Shown here: positions 45,803 to 56,071 of the stretch, piece by piece
Numbering within the stretch: position 1 is the first letter of the stretch
How the letters are laid out: every line of letters starts with the position of its first letter
Assembly: GCA_964384485.1 (NCBI GenBank)
Contig: CAYLLE010000005.1
Location: forward strand, 4,258 to 68,257
DNA length: 64,000 nucleotides
Source of the DNA: an uncultured Spirochaetales bacterium
Lineage (GTDB): Bacteria; Spirochaetota; Spirochaetia; CAYLLE01
Reading direction: 5' to 3'
The notes under the pieces: generated by a model
Seen by the model: the letters and a program-made list of their open reading frames with translations, nothing else
Told to the model about the DNA's origin: nothing
Databases searched by the model: none
Program-made: the position numbers and the translations under genes

Positions 45803-46718
45803 TATACCAAAGATACCCTTAGGCGATTGGATCGAGGTAATCCTCGATTTTCTGAAAGATATTCTCTCCGGTCTTACAAAGGCATTTTCCGATATTATGG
45901 AAACAGGTATTGAAGGGGTAGTGACAGGCCTTGACGTTGTGCCCCCGATTATTCTGATCCTGGTGATTGCGCTTCTGGCTCTAAGGCTGTCAGGATGGCG
46001 TACCGCTCTCTTTACCCTGATCGGACTGCTTTTTATCTGGAACCTGGATTTATGGGAAGCAACTTTGTCGACAATAACCTTGGTGGTTTTTTCGACCGCC
46101 ATAGCGGTTGTCATAGGGGTCCCCCTTGGGATTCTCGCCGGACTCAGTAAAAAGTTCAATAAATTCGTAACTCCCATCCTTGATTTTATGCAGACCATGC
46201 CTGCTTTCGTCTATTTGATACCGGCTATCCCGTTTTTTGGCCTCGGACCGGTGGCGGCTATTTTTTCAACGGTTATATTTTCCATTCCGCCCTCCATACG
46301 GCTCACCTCATTGGGGATCAGACAGATAGATAAGGAGATGATCGAAGCGTCCGACGCCTTCGGTTCAACTCCCATGCAGAAACTCCGGAAGGTACAGCTT
46401 CCCCTGGCCACACCGACTATAATGGCCGGGGTGAATCAGACCATCATGCTCTCTCTTTCCATGGTAGTTATTGCCTCAATGATCGGCGCCGGAGGATTGG
46501 GCGGTGAAGTGTGGCGCGCCATACAGCGGTTAAAACCTGGAGAAGGTTTCGAGGCGGGACTTGCTGTCGTTATCGTCGCTATGATTCTGGATAGAATTTC
46601 CCAGAGCATAACCAGCGATAAAAACAAAAAGTTCACTAAAAAAAGGATATTTTATGGAATCCGTCGGATTTCATGGTTTAAACATAATAAGTCTGCTCAG
46701 CGGCAGACGCAAAAATAA
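45795..46718 (+). CDS. proW: Glycine betaine/proline ABC transporter permease
   Basis: PILDFMQTMPAFVYLIP, EAA-like EASDAFG, AGVNQTIMLSLSMVVIASMIGAGGLG. GTG 45795 follows AGGAG. Confidence 0.95.
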   Translation: MNSIPKIPLGDWIEVILDFLKDILSGLTKAFSDIMETGIEGVVTGLDVVPPIILILVIALLALRLSGWRTALFTLIGLLFIWNLDLWEATLSTITLVVFSTAIAVVIGVPLGILAGLSKKFNKFVTPILDFMQTMPAFVYLIPAIPFFGLGPVAAIFSTVIFSIPPSIRLTSLGIRQIDKEMIEASDAFGSTPMQKLRKVQLPLATPTIMAGVNQTIMLSLSMVVIASMIGAGGLGGEVWRAIQRLKPGEGFEAGLAVVIVAMILDRISQSITSDKNKKFTKKRIFYGIRRISWFKHNKSAQRQTQK

Positions 46719-46738
46719 TACATGTACGGAGGAAACGT

Positions 46739-47632
46739 ATGAAAAAAGCTAAAGGATTGTTTTTTATAGCGCTCATAGTGGCGTTTGTTTTCAGCGCGGC
46801 TATGGTCAGCGCCGGAGGTTCCCAGGAAAAAATGGGCGAAGTTGATATAGCTTACGTCGAATGGGCCCGGGCGGTAGCCATCACCCATGTGGCCGGTGAA
46901 GTTTTGGATAGAATGGGATATGATGTAACCCTTAATAACGTGGCAAATGCCGCTATGTGGGAATCAGTCGCGACCGGAGATTCCGACGCACTGCTGTGTG
47001 CCTGGCTTCCTGTAACGCATGGCACCTATTACGGCGATGAAGGTGATTACACCGATGAAGTCGTTAACCTGGGACCCAACTATAAAGGGGCGAAACTCGG
47101 CTTAGTAGTTCCCGAATACGTAGAAGAAAATTCTATCGCGGATCTGGTTGCCAACGCTGAAAAATACGACAACGAAATTGTCGGAATTGATCCCGGCGCC
47201 GGCATGATGCAGGCTACTGAAGAAGCTATCGAAGCTGATACATCAGGCCTTGGTGTTTTCAAGCTTCTCGAAGGCAGTGACGCCACAATGGCCGCCGCTC
47301 TTGCTGATGCTATCGATAATGAAGAACCCATCGTTGTAACCGGATGGAAACCCCACTGGAAGTTCGGACGCTGGGATCTCAAGATTCTTGATGACGCGGC
47401 CGGAATTTACGGCGGATCAGAAACCATCAATACCATCGTGCGGCAGGGTCTTGAAGAAGATAAGCCCCAGGTGTACAAGTTTTTTAACGAATTCGACTGG
47501 ATGTCTGTTGATCTCGGACCGGTTCTTGTCTGGAATGAAGAAGGAATGGATCCCGAAGATAGCGCTGAAAAGTTCGTTGATGAAAACATGGATCTGATCA
47601 AGAGCGCCCTTCCCTCAGGAATGGAACTCTAA
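46739..47632 (+). CDS. proX: Glycine betaine ABC transporter substrate-binding protein
   Basis: Signal peptide ending AGGSQE; OpuAC-type motifs WLPVTH, GIDPGAGM, TGWKPHW. Confidence 0.92.
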   Translation: MKKAKGLFFIALIVAFVFSAAMVSAGGSQEKMGEVDIAYVEWARAVAITHVAGEVLDRMGYDVTLNNVANAAMWESVATGDSDALLCAWLPVTHGTYYGDEGDYTDEVVNLGPNYKGAKLGLVVPEYVEENSIADLVANAEKYDNEIVGIDPGAGMMQATEEAIEADTSGLGVFKLLEGSDATMAAALADAIDNEEPIVVTGWKPHWKFGRWDLKILDDAAGIYGGSETINTIVRQGLEEDKPQVYKFFNEFDWMSVDLGPVLVWNEEGMDPEDSAEKFVDENMDLIKSALPSGMEL

Positions 47633-47656
47633 ATCAAAACCAACGTGTTCATAATT

Positions 47657-47686
47657 TACCCTCCGGCAGGCCGGAGGGTATTTTTT
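47657..47686 (+). terminator. Intrinsic terminator after proX
   Basis: Perfect 10-bp stem TACCCTCCGG/CCGGAGGGTA, 4-nt loop, then TTTTTT. Confidence 0.85.
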
Positions 47687-49241
47687 ATGACTTTATTTCA
47701 GAAACGGGGATGATGATTGTGTATTGTAAACCGGGGTGACTTGTTATTTCGACAGAACCTTCCAGCTGTTCAACCAAGGATCGGATAAGACGGAGCCCTA
47801 ATGTTTCTGTTTCCCTTGGATCCAATCCCCTTGGAAGACCGATACCGTCATCTTTATAGATAATGCGGATTCGGTCGGATTCATACATTTCCACCGCAAT
47901 ATCAATCTTGCCCGTACCTTCGGGAAATCCGTGTTCCAGTGAGTTGGATATCAATTCCGACAGTATTAATCCGCAGGGAGTGAGTATTTCAATGTCCAGA
48001 TAAATTTTCGGAATATCGCAGCTCCATGCTATCTGGGGTGATTCTGTATTAATAATATTCTTTAATAAATCGGACACATAATTGTTGAACGGAATTTTCG
48101 CGAAATCATCGGTGTGATACAGCTGTTCATGAACCAGAGCCAGCGCGTATATTCTCCGCTGACCCTCTAATAGTTTCTTTTTTGCAATTTCATGAGTAAT
48201 GGTATTAGCCTGAAGCTGCAGAAGGCTGATTATGATCTGAAGATTATTCTTTACCCGGTGATGTATCTCCTTGAGGAGTATTTCTTTTTCTTTCAAATTT
48301 TTACTCAGCGATTCCTGGATACGGTAGGATCTGGTAATGTCCCGGAAAACCAATACAACTCCGTTGATTATTCCTTTATCATCGATTATCGGCGCGGCGC
48401 TGTCAGCTATTTGATACTCTTTTCCATCTTTGGCAAGAATCATGGTGTGGTTAGCCAAACCGACCGTTTTCCCTTCAGAAAGAACTTTTTCCACCGGGTT
48501 GTTTACCGGAGTACTGTCATAGGAGTTTGCTATCCGGTACACTATGCTTAAGGGTTTTGAAGAGGCATCCGCCTTTTTCCAGCCGGTTAATTTTTCGGCC
48601 TCGGGATTCATGAACTGGACCGCGCTGTTGGTGTCGGTCGTTATAACCGCGTCGCCAATACAGTTAAGTACCGTATTAAAATAATGTTCCCGTTCTTTCA
48701 TCGAATTATACATATTATATATTGTCATCCCTAAAGCGGATATAATGCCGACAAAGAACGATTCTTCGAGAAAAGGCTGGAGTTTGTAACCTTCCAGAAT
48801 AAATGAAAAACTGAACTCATTTCTTATAAAGCCTAAAACTGACCAGATTAAGGGGATATGAAAAAGCTGATATCCTAATAAAATTGCCGCGAACCAGATG
48901 ATACCGAACAAGAAAGGATTGGTCTGATATTTATACAGCTGTTTCGCAAGAAACCGCAGGCTTAAACCGGAAGGGACTGCCCAAAGCATATTCCCTATCA
49001 GGACTATATGCAGCGGAACCTGATGCGGACCGCTTAAAGACAGTACCAATGCTGCAGCTAACGGCAAATACCAGCGGGATAAAACGGCAAAGGCTATGGA
49101 ACCGAAAATCCACCTGAAATCAAAATACACCTCAGTATTAGGTATGTTAACGCTGATGTAACTGAATACGGCACCTAGTACCGAAAGTATGAGAGTAAAT
49201 ACAATGTCCCGCCTAAGTGAAGGTTTCATGAGGTTTCTCAT
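47685..49241 (-). CDS. Membrane PAS-domain sensor histidine kinase (HisKA_2 type)
   Basis: Multi-TM N-terminus, PAS (DAVITTD...FRDIT), H box EIHHRVKNNLQ, SNSLEH, DDGIG, LGLRLIRSLVEQL. Start could be 49229. Confidence 0.92.
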   Translation of the reverse strand: MRNLMKPSLRRDIVFTLILSVLGAVFSYISVNIPNTEVYFDFRWIFGSIAFAVLSRWYLPLAAALVLSLSGPHQVPLHIVLIGNMLWAVPSGLSLRFLAKQLYKYQTNPFLFGIIWFAAILLGYQLFHIPLIWSVLGFIRNEFSFSFILEGYKLQPFLEESFFVGIISALGMTIYNMYNSMKEREHYFNTVLNCIGDAVITTDTNSAVQFMNPEAEKLTGWKKADASSKPLSIVYRIANSYDSTPVNNPVEKVLSEGKTVGLANHTMILAKDGKEYQIADSAAPIIDDKGIINGVVLVFRDITRSYRIQESLSKNLKEKEILLKEIHHRVKNNLQIIISLLQLQANTITHEIAKKKLLEGQRRIYALALVHEQLYHTDDFAKIPFNNYVSDLLKNIINTESPQIAWSCDIPKIYLDIEILTPCGLILSELISNSLEHGFPEGTGKIDIAVEMYESDRIRIIYKDDGIGLPRGLDPRETETLGLRLIRSLVEQLEGSVEITSHPGLQYTIIIPVSEIKS

Positions 49242-49257
49242 ATTTACATACGGTACA

Positions 49258-49287
49258 ATTATAGTGCATTACGGCGGGATTTTTCAA
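49258..49287 (-). promoter_or_regulatory. Candidate sigma70 promoter of the kinase, overlapping the upstream stop codon
   Basis: Minus strand TTGAAA-N18-TATAAT; the -10 box ends 16 nt before ATG 49241. Confidence 0.5.
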
Positions 49288-50509
49288 AACGAACGGAAAT
49301 TATTCTTCTTTTCGAAACCTGCTCTATTATAAACGTGCCTTCAGGCACGGTGATTGTGTCGTCCTTCTGCGGGAGGTGGCCGAGTCTGCCGGCAAGATAT
49401 CCGGAAATGGTTTCGGAATACCGGCTTTCCGGTACGTCGATTCCCAAAACATCATTTAAGTGCTTCACCGATATATCGCCGGCGATCCGGTATACCCCTT
49501 TCCCGGCAGATTTTACCTTGGCCTCCTCCTGTTTTTCATGTTCATCATAGAGCTCACCCACCATTTCCTCAAGGATATCTTCCTGGGTCACAATTCCCGA
49601 TATGCCGCCGTACTCGTCTAAAACAACCGCCATGTTCAGCCGTTCCTTCTTAAACTTAAAAAACATTTCACTCACTTTGGCTGTTTCGGAGACAAAGAAA
49701 GGTTCGTGCATCAGCTCAAAAAGTTTTTTCTGCTTCCGGCCCCGGGCGATGATCGGCAGGAGATCTTTTAACAGGAGAACCCCTACGATACGTTCCGGTT
49801 CGTCCTCATAACAGGGGATCCTTGAGAATCCCTCCGCGATAATCAGCGGCATCGCTTCTTCAACGGTGAGGTTTTTGTCCAGGCTGAATATTTCTGTCCT
49901 GTGGGTCATGGCTGCCCGGAGACTTACATCGTTAAACCGGAAAATGTTTTTTATGAATTCCGTTTCGTAATTCTCTACGACGCCCATTCCCTCGGCGATT
50001 TTCATCATATGCATAATACCTTCCAGGGTCATGTGCTGTTTTTTCTGCGTTCCGAATAGTCTGGTTACGAGAGAGCCGATTTTGGAAATAATCCACACGA
50101 AAGGCCGGAGTATCAGCGACAAAGCGTAGATCACCCGGACTACATGGAGACAGAGGAACTGGTTGTGGGCAATAGCGAGCCGCTTTGGAGTAACTTCACC
50201 GAAAATAAGGATTATGATGGTGAGTACTCCGGTCATTATCCCGATTGCCTCCACGCCGAATAACGTTGTGGTGATGTAGGTGGCCAAAGCAGATGCCGCG
50301 ATGTTTACCAGGTTATTTCCGATAAGGATCGTGGTGAGGAGAATATCCGGCCGGTCGGTCAGATACCTGATCAGCTTTCCCCGTTTCGGATGGGCCCGGA
50401 CGGTGTCCTGGATCTGCATCATGGAAAGGGAGGTGAAGGCGGTTTCGGCGGATGAAAAAAAGCCGGACAGGATGATGAGCACGGCTAATACTGCGAGCTG
50501 GAGTATCAT
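49259..50509 (-). CDS. CNNM (DUF21)-CBS-CorC domain protein, HlyC/CorC family
   Basis: SGFFSSAETA, ILIGNNLVNI, IFGEVTPK, FSRIPCY, VLDEYGG, EDILEEMVGE. Confidence 0.93.
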   Translation of the reverse strand: MILQLAVLAVLIILSGFFSSAETAFTSLSMMQIQDTVRAHPKRGKLIRYLTDRPDILLTTILIGNNLVNIAASALATYITTTLFGVEAIGIMTGVLTIIILIFGEVTPKRLAIAHNQFLCLHVVRVIYALSLILRPFVWIISKIGSLVTRLFGTQKKQHMTLEGIMHMMKIAEGMGVVENYETEFIKNIFRFNDVSLRAAMTHRTEIFSLDKNLTVEEAMPLIIAEGFSRIPCYEDEPERIVGVLLLKDLLPIIARGRKQKKLFELMHEPFFVSETAKVSEMFFKFKKERLNMAVVLDEYGGISGIVTQEDILEEMVGELYDEHEKQEEAKVKSAGKGVYRIAGDISVKHLNDVLGIDVPESRYSETISGYLAGRLGHLPQKDDTITVPEGTFIIEQVSKRRIISVRFEKSRRNAL

Positions 50510-50515
50510 TCGTTG

Positions 50516-52069
50516 TTACGCTCCTGAGATTCTCGGCATCGGCAGCGGCGCTTTTGCCATCTCTCCGTATAGAAAATAGAGGAGGAGGTCGGCCTTTAAT
50601 TTTTGAAAATCCGGATTATTCCATAAGTTGCGGAGTTCTCCCGGGTCATTTTCAAGATCGTAGAGCTCACCGTAGTCCCTGCGGTAATGAACGGTGAGTT
50701 TATACTGGTCGGTGATAAAGGTACGCATATTCATCGTTGTAGGCTGATGCTGGTTTTCCACGATTACATGATCCCGGATTGTTTCCGCGTCACCGCGCCA
50801 TACCGGCGACTGATCTATACCGCTCATCCGCCGGGGAACATTTTGTCCTGTCATGGAAAGAAAGGTGGGTGCTAAATCAACGGTGCACTGAAGGGATTCT
50901 GAAATTTTGCCTGATTCAACCACTCCTGGAAACCGGACAACTAATGGTACCTTTAGAAGGTCTTCATAGTGATGTATTGCTTTCGCGGTAAGTCCATGCT
51001 GCCCATAGAAATCACCGTGATCGGTGGTGTAGCAGACCAGGGTGCTGTCGGTCAGACCGAGCCGGTCCAAATTATCGAGAATTTTGCCGATATACGTATC
51101 AAGCATGGTCATCATGCCGTACATTGCCGCTATCTTTTTTGCTTTTGTGTCTCTTGACGACAGATGGCTTCCTGAGCCGTGAATACCGTTTCCCCCTTCC
51201 TCCTGGAATGAACTGAAATCTGGATCTTCCTGCTGGCTCAAAGCAAAATACGGAGGCTTATCGTCGAACTCTCCCGGCATATGTTCCGGTACGGTTACTT
51301 TACCCGGATCATACATGCTCGCGTATGGCTCCACTACCATGTAGTCCGGATGGGGATCGAAAAAGCTGGCCCAGAGGAAGAAAGGCTGTTTTTTTGAGGC
51401 GTACTCTTCCATTAAGGCGTTGGTGCGTTCCGCTATCCAGGTATCGTAGTGGATCTCTTCCGGAATCTCCCACGCGCCGCCCGGTTCCGGACTTTTATGC
51501 CGGGATTCGGTCAACGTATCCCCGTCGAATGTCTGATGGGGCAGATTGGGTACGAAGTAATCCCGCCAATTTTTGTATCCCTTGGATTCCATCCACAGGG
51601 CGTAATGCTGGCCGGCATGGGCTTCATCGGTATGATTCCTGGCCAATTCTACATGATCAAACCCGTAAAAGGGTCCGTTAAACTGTCTCCAAAAATCAAG
51701 GTCGTGAAGTTTGGGATACGCTTCTAATGAAGGAAACTCATCCGTTCCTAAGAGCGGCTGAAAGTGGGCCTTACCGACCAGGGCGCTTCTGAAGCCTCCC
51801 GCGTTTAAATAATTTCCTATGGTAGGAACATCTTCCATCAGTTTGGTTCCCAGGCTGTAGGCACCGTGCTGACTGGGGTAAAGGCCGGTAATCCAGCTCG
51901 CCCGGGTAGGGGTGCAGGTAGGATTTACCGTGTATGCCCGGTGGAACGTGGTGCCCGACTGCACAAGCCGGTCCAGATTAGGCGTTTTAACTTCGGGATT
52001 CCGGTATCCCATGGTCATCCAATGCTGCTGGTCGCTTGTGATGAACAGGATATTTTTTGCGTTTTTCAT
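50516..52069 (-). CDS. Cys-type sulfatase (formylglycine-dependent family)
   Basis: NILFITSDQQH, CxPxR motif CTPTRAS, GKAH, TTDHGD, ELYDLENDPGE. Start placed at ATG 52069. Confidence 0.93.
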   Translation of the reverse strand: MKNAKNILFITSDQQHWMTMGYRNPEVKTPNLDRLVQSGTTFHRAYTVNPTCTPTRASWITGLYPSQHGAYSLGTKLMEDVPTIGNYLNAGGFRSALVGKAHFQPLLGTDEFPSLEAYPKLHDLDFWRQFNGPFYGFDHVELARNHTDEAHAGQHYALWMESKGYKNWRDYFVPNLPHQTFDGDTLTESRHKSPEPGGAWEIPEEIHYDTWIAERTNALMEEYASKKQPFFLWASFFDPHPDYMVVEPYASMYDPGKVTVPEHMPGEFDDKPPYFALSQQEDPDFSSFQEEGGNGIHGSGSHLSSRDTKAKKIAAMYGMMTMLDTYIGKILDNLDRLGLTDSTLVCYTTDHGDFYGQHGLTAKAIHHYEDLLKVPLVVRFPGVVESGKISESLQCTVDLAPTFLSMTGQNVPRRMSGIDQSPVWRGDAETIRDHVIVENQHQPTTMNMRTFITDQYKLTVHYRRDYGELYDLENDPGELRNLWNNPDFQKLKADLLLYFLYGEMAKAPLPMPRISGA

Positions 52070-52075
52070 GAAGTT

Positions 52076-52084
52076 ATAATACCA
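52076..52084 (-). promoter_or_regulatory. Extended -10 promoter, probably leaderless sulfatase mRNA
   Basis: Minus strand TG-G-TATTAT, then 6 nt, then ATG 52069; no Shine-Dalgarno (SD) sequence. Confidence 0.5.
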
Positions 52085-52109
52085 GTAATTATTCATCAGG
52101 AAAACCATC

Positions 52110-52138
52110 TTTACTTTGCCTAAGGCGGTTGTTACACT
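52110..52138 (+). promoter_or_regulatory. Candidate sigma70 promoter of the GAF membrane protein gene
   Basis: TTTACT-N17-TACACT with an extended TG; the -10 box ends 9 nt before ATG 52148. Confidence 0.5.
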
Positions 52139-52147
52139 TAAGATTGA

Positions 52148-53320
52148 ATGAGTAGACACGATCCTCTTAGTTTTTTGGAAGAAAGTCTCACCTTTAGAAG
52201 TTCCAGGGAGGAGATGCTCCGCAATATCAAGCTGATTATCCGGGTCAGATGGATTTTGACACCGAGTATTTTTATCATCCTTTTCATTTCAAGCCTGATC
52301 GGAGTTTCACGCCTCAGCGCTTTCTCCGGTGACCAGCTGATTGTAAACGGACTGAACCTGGTTATTGTTCTTTTTATGAACCTGATCTACCTCCTTCTGG
52401 TGAGGAAGATCGAAAATCCCAGGCCTCTCATTATTTTTCAGCTCCTCATCGATATCATCTATTTCAGCCTTACCGTTTACAAAACCGGCGACATAACAAG
52501 CCCCTATGTTTTTCTGTTTTTTATTGCTGTTTTTGAAGCTTCTATCCTCATCTCCGGGAAGTCGGCGTATTTGATTGCCATGGTCTGCTCGTTTCTCTAT
52601 TCCGGAATAGTGTTCGGAGTGTATACCGAACTCTTCCCCCATCAGGATTTTTTCAGTCCTTTAGGGGGACTCCAGGAGAATCAGTCTTACTTCTTCCTTA
52701 TGTGGTTCTTTTCCATTTTTTCGTTTTTCGCCTTTGCGGCTTTAACGGCATATTTCAGTGACAAACTTCATACCCGTCAGATGAATCTCGAAGATGCGAA
52801 TAATTCGCTGGTGGAAAAAAACCGATCTCTTCTTTTTCTCTACGCTACTTTCGGTACAATGGGGGAATTTGAGGAGACCGGAAATCTGGCAGAATACATT
52901 TTAGGTGAACTTTTGGATCATCTTTCTTTGGACAGGGCCCTCCTCTACCTTCGAAAGGAGAACGAACTAATTCTTTTCAAGGTGAAGGAACGAAAGAAAT
53001 CCGAAGCTGTCCCCTCCATTAGTATTCCGCTAAAAAAAGAAGCCGGATTGACCGCCCGGGCGGCCGTGCTTCAGGAAAGTTACAATATCACCGATCCTTA
53101 CAGCTCACCCCTGATCAACCGGAAACTGGCGGGGAAAATCGGAATGAACCCCTTTGCTCTTTCTCCCCTGGTATTCCGGAGTGAGACAATCGGTGTGCTG
53201 GGGATAGACCGGAGCGGGACGAACGGAGCGATTACCGAGGATGAATTCCGGATGCTTAAACTCTTCGCGGATCAGGCGGCTATAATGATCACAGCAATTC
53301 CCGGTCAGCACCTTGTGTGA
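52148..53320 (+). CDS. Multi-TM sensor-like protein with terminal GAF domain and no output domain
   Basis: About six TM helices (QLLIDIIYFSLTVYKTGDITSPY, PilS-like), a short coiled coil, then GAF (PLVFRSETIGVLGID, FADQAAI). Confidence 0.8.
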   Translation: MSRHDPLSFLEESLTFRSSREEMLRNIKLIIRVRWILTPSIFIILFISSLIGVSRLSAFSGDQLIVNGLNLVIVLFMNLIYLLLVRKIENPRPLIIFQLLIDIIYFSLTVYKTGDITSPYVFLFFIAVFEASILISGKSAYLIAMVCSFLYSGIVFGVYTELFPHQDFFSPLGGLQENQSYFFLMWFFSIFSFFAFAALTAYFSDKLHTRQMNLEDANNSLVEKNRSLLFLYATFGTMGEFEETGNLAEYILGELLDHLSLDRALLYLRKENELILFKVKERKKSEAVPSISIPLKKEAGLTARAAVLQESYNITDPYSSPLINRKLAGKIGMNPFALSPLVFRSETIGVLGIDRSGTNGAITEDEFRMLKLFADQAAIMITAIPGQHLV

Positions 53321-53405
53321 TTTGGAAAATAAAACAATTTATAAATTTTAACGCGTGTGTAATCACAGAAAATTGCTGCAATGATCGCTGAAATGGGTAA
53401 TCCTC

Positions 53406-54689
53406 TTACTGATCCCGGAGGCTTTCGATCGGTGAAACCTTAGCCGCGCTCAACGCGGGTATTATACCGAATACCGTACCAAGCACCAGGGCAAGAAGGG
53501 TTCCCGCTCCGATCGCCTTTATACCCAGATTCAGCGGGACTGCTGTCTCAGTTCCCCGAGGTCCAAAGGCAAGCATCGGTTTGAGTGCTTCGGTCATGGG
53601 AGTGTTGAACAGCAGGGCAATTCCGATCCCTATTACAGAACCGATAAGGGTAAAAATGAGAGATTCTGCCATAAAATGCCCTATTATCCCCCCCTTGGTG
53701 CTGCCGATAACCCGTCTAAGACCTACTTCCCTGGTTCTCTCCAGAATACTCACTAACATTATGCTGAATATGCCGAAAGAACTGACCAGAAGAGCTACCA
53801 TCCCCAATGCTCCGAAGAAAAGTGACGATGTATTCACTGTCGATTTCAGACTGTCAAGAAACGAAGCCTGGGAGGGACTGGTGGGACTTCCCTGCCACAC
53901 CGTGACCGGGACATTTTCATCGACAATTCCGCCCATGACCGATTCAATTTTCGGTTTGGCTTTTTCAAAATCACCTCCATCCAGATTCGCCAGGATTACC
54001 CGGTAATTGTCCGTGCCCATGCGCTGAAATAACGACTGAGGTACAAAAACATCTCCCATTCCCATGACCATTTTTAAGTAATACGGAAAATCTTCAAAAA
54101 CTCCGGTAATTGTGAAGGTGCGTTCGTTTCCCTGCGGTTGAGGATTCCGCGTGACCTGAGTAAAGCTTTTCCCGATAGCGTTTTCTGAGCTGCCGAAGAG
54201 TACTTTTGCTACTTCCTCGTTGATCACAGCCACGGCAGCCCTGTTCTGCAGATCAGCCTGAGTCAAAAATTCTCCTGCAATCATATTTAAACTGTAGAGG
54301 TCTTTGTACTCGGGAACCGTCGGAACCGACCGGCGGATCCGGTAAAATTCTTCTCCCTGTCTTATTTCGAAATTCATGCCGAAGGCACTCATGCCGATGA
54401 TATTTTTAAGCTGCGGATATTCGCTGGACAGTGCTTCGATGGTATTGGAAGAAAAATCACCCCTTCCTTCCCAGGAAATTCCTCCATCAGTCTCTTCCTT
54501 CGCGTTCGCGATAACCACAACGGAGCCGGCCTCTCTGGCAAGGTCACCGATGTAGTCGTTGAATCTGAAAGACAGATTCAGAACAAGAATTACCGCGGCG
54601 CTCCCTAGAGCCACACTGATAATCGAGAGGAGGCCGCGCAGCGGATTCTGGGCAATTCTGTGTTTAAATGATTCAAGTATTAGTCTCAC
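53406..54689 (-). CDS. MacB/FtsX-like ABC exporter permease
   Basis: TM1, periplasmic domain, ERTREVGLRRVIG, PALSAAKVSPIESLR. Confidence 0.93.
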   Translation of the reverse strand: MRLILESFKHRIAQNPLRGLLSIISVALGSAAVILVLNLSFRFNDYIGDLAREAGSVVVIANAKEETDGGISWEGRGDFSSNTIEALSSEYPQLKNIIGMSAFGMNFEIRQGEEFYRIRRSVPTVPEYKDLYSLNMIAGEFLTQADLQNRAAVAVINEEVAKVLFGSSENAIGKSFTQVTRNPQPQGNERTFTITGVFEDFPYYLKMVMGMGDVFVPQSLFQRMGTDNYRVILANLDGGDFEKAKPKIESVMGGIVDENVPVTVWQGSPTSPSQASFLDSLKSTVNTSSLFFGALGMVALLVSSFGIFSIMLVSILERTREVGLRRVIGSTKGGIIGHFMAESLIFTLIGSVIGIGIALLFNTPMTEALKPMLAFGPRGTETAVPLNLGIKAIGAGTLLALVLGTVFGIIPALSAAKVSPIESLRDQ

Positions 54690-54700
54690 TGTTTTACCTC

Positions 54701-56071
54701 CTATGCTCTAAGTGTTTCAGCCGGATCTACCGACGATGCTTTATATGCCGGATATACCGCGAAGATAAGATTGATAACCAGCGTGACGGCTACCGCTAAA
54801 CCGACTGTTGTCAGGGTTAAATTGAGCTCCGGTCCCTGTGCCCCTTGGACCGTATTAACCTGAAACATGAGACTGAGTAACTTAACGAGCACCGCGGAGA
54901 GGCCTATGCCGAAGATCCCCCCGATAAATCCCAACCCCAATGATTCCGTCAAATATTGACCGAAGATGGACCCCCGGGAGCCTCCCATGGCGACGGATAT
55001 GCCGATCGCCTTCCTTCGTCTTACCACCCGCGCCAGCATAAGATTAAGGATATTAATAGACGCGATAAAAAGTCCCATACTGGAGAGCAGTCCGATCACG
55101 GTCAGTACCGGGACTACCCGTCTCCGCTGTTCAAGAAAATCCTCTCTTCGGTTCGTAATCCCGACTTTATCTCCGTATTTAATTTCAAAGAATGAAGTCA
55201 ATTGACTTGTCGCTTCGTCAAGATTTTCCGGATCATCAACCGCGAAGGTAATGGAATGGAGGGTGTTCTGAAACATATAAAACTGCGAAGCGGTAATCGG
55301 GGTAAAGCCTCCCCGGTCGACCGTCCTTCCGTCCATCGCGTCAGGAGGCTGTTTCTCCATGATGCCGGAAATTGTATACACAAAACCGTTCAGTCTGATC
55401 TTTTTCCCGACGATTTCTTGAGGAGGGGTTTCCGGATAAAGCAATTCAGCAGCGGTGTGACCAAGCACAACCAGTTTAAGTTCCGATTCGATATCTGTAT
55501 GAGAGAAAAGTGATCCGTATTCGGCGTTCAGGTTATAGCTTGAGAAAAACTCAGGAGTAACGGCCCTGCCGTCGAACTCTTCGATCTCTGCATTCGGAGG
55601 TATAAGGTCGGTACCGGTTTTATCGCCGCCGCTTTCCTTCTGGTCTTCCACAATCTCCCGGCCGTCCTCGATCCGGCGAACACGGCGTCCGGCGAACCTG
55701 GCTGACTCGCCAAGAGAAAAGCGTTCCCAGTTGACCGCGTACCCGTAATCCACCGCCGGGCTTTCCGCTTTCGCTTCCGCTATGTCCGATAATGAAAATG
55801 TTACGGAAGGACCCGAATCCCTTGTCTCCGGGTCGATCCTCTGTATCGCCGAAAACCCGCTGAAATTATCTCTGTTAGGCCCAACGGCAATTTCTTTCCA
55901 CCTAGGATCATCCAGAGTATCCTGCATAGAGCCTACATAGTTGGAGTACAGGCTTAATACGGATGAGATGATCCCTACACCCAGGGCTATCCCGAGAACG
56001 ACCATGAACGACTCAAGCAATCTGCTCCGGATGTAGTGGAGAGTAATTTTTACCGTGTCCGCAAAACTCAT
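54701..56071 (-). CDS. MacB/FtsX-like ABC exporter permease (second copy)
   Basis: GIALGVG, periplasmic domain, [29 protein letters not shown]. Confidence 0.93.
   Translation of the reverse strand: MSFADTVKITLHYIRSRLLESFMVVLGIALGVGIISSVLSLYSNYVGSMQDTLDDPRWKEIAVGPNRDNFSGFSAIQRIDPETRDSGPSVTFSLSDIAEAKAESPAVDYGYAVNWERFSLGESARFAGRRVRRIEDGREIVEDQKESGGDKTGTDLIPPNAEIEEFDGRAVTPEFFSSYNLNAEYGSLFSHTDIESELKLVVLGHTAAELLYPETPPQEIVGKKIRLNGFVYTISGIMEKQPPDAMDGRTVDRGGFTPITASQFYMFQNTLHSITFAVDDPENLDEATSQLTSFFEIKYGDKVGITNRREDFLEQRRRVVPVLTVIGLLSSMGLFIASINILNLMLARVVRRRKAIGISVAMGGSRGSIFGQYLTESLGLGFIGGIFGIGLSAVLVKLLSLMFQVNTVQGAQGPELNLTLTTVGLAVAVTLVINLIFAVYPAYKASSVDPAETLRA

Noticed and set aside
52070-52159. Longer sulfatase start
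   Set aside because: It would overlap the divergent gene and both promoters; the family motif begins just after ATG 52069.
53336-53347. Palindrome AATTTATAAATT between convergent genes
   Set aside because: It is AT-only, too weak for a terminator and not in a promoter position.
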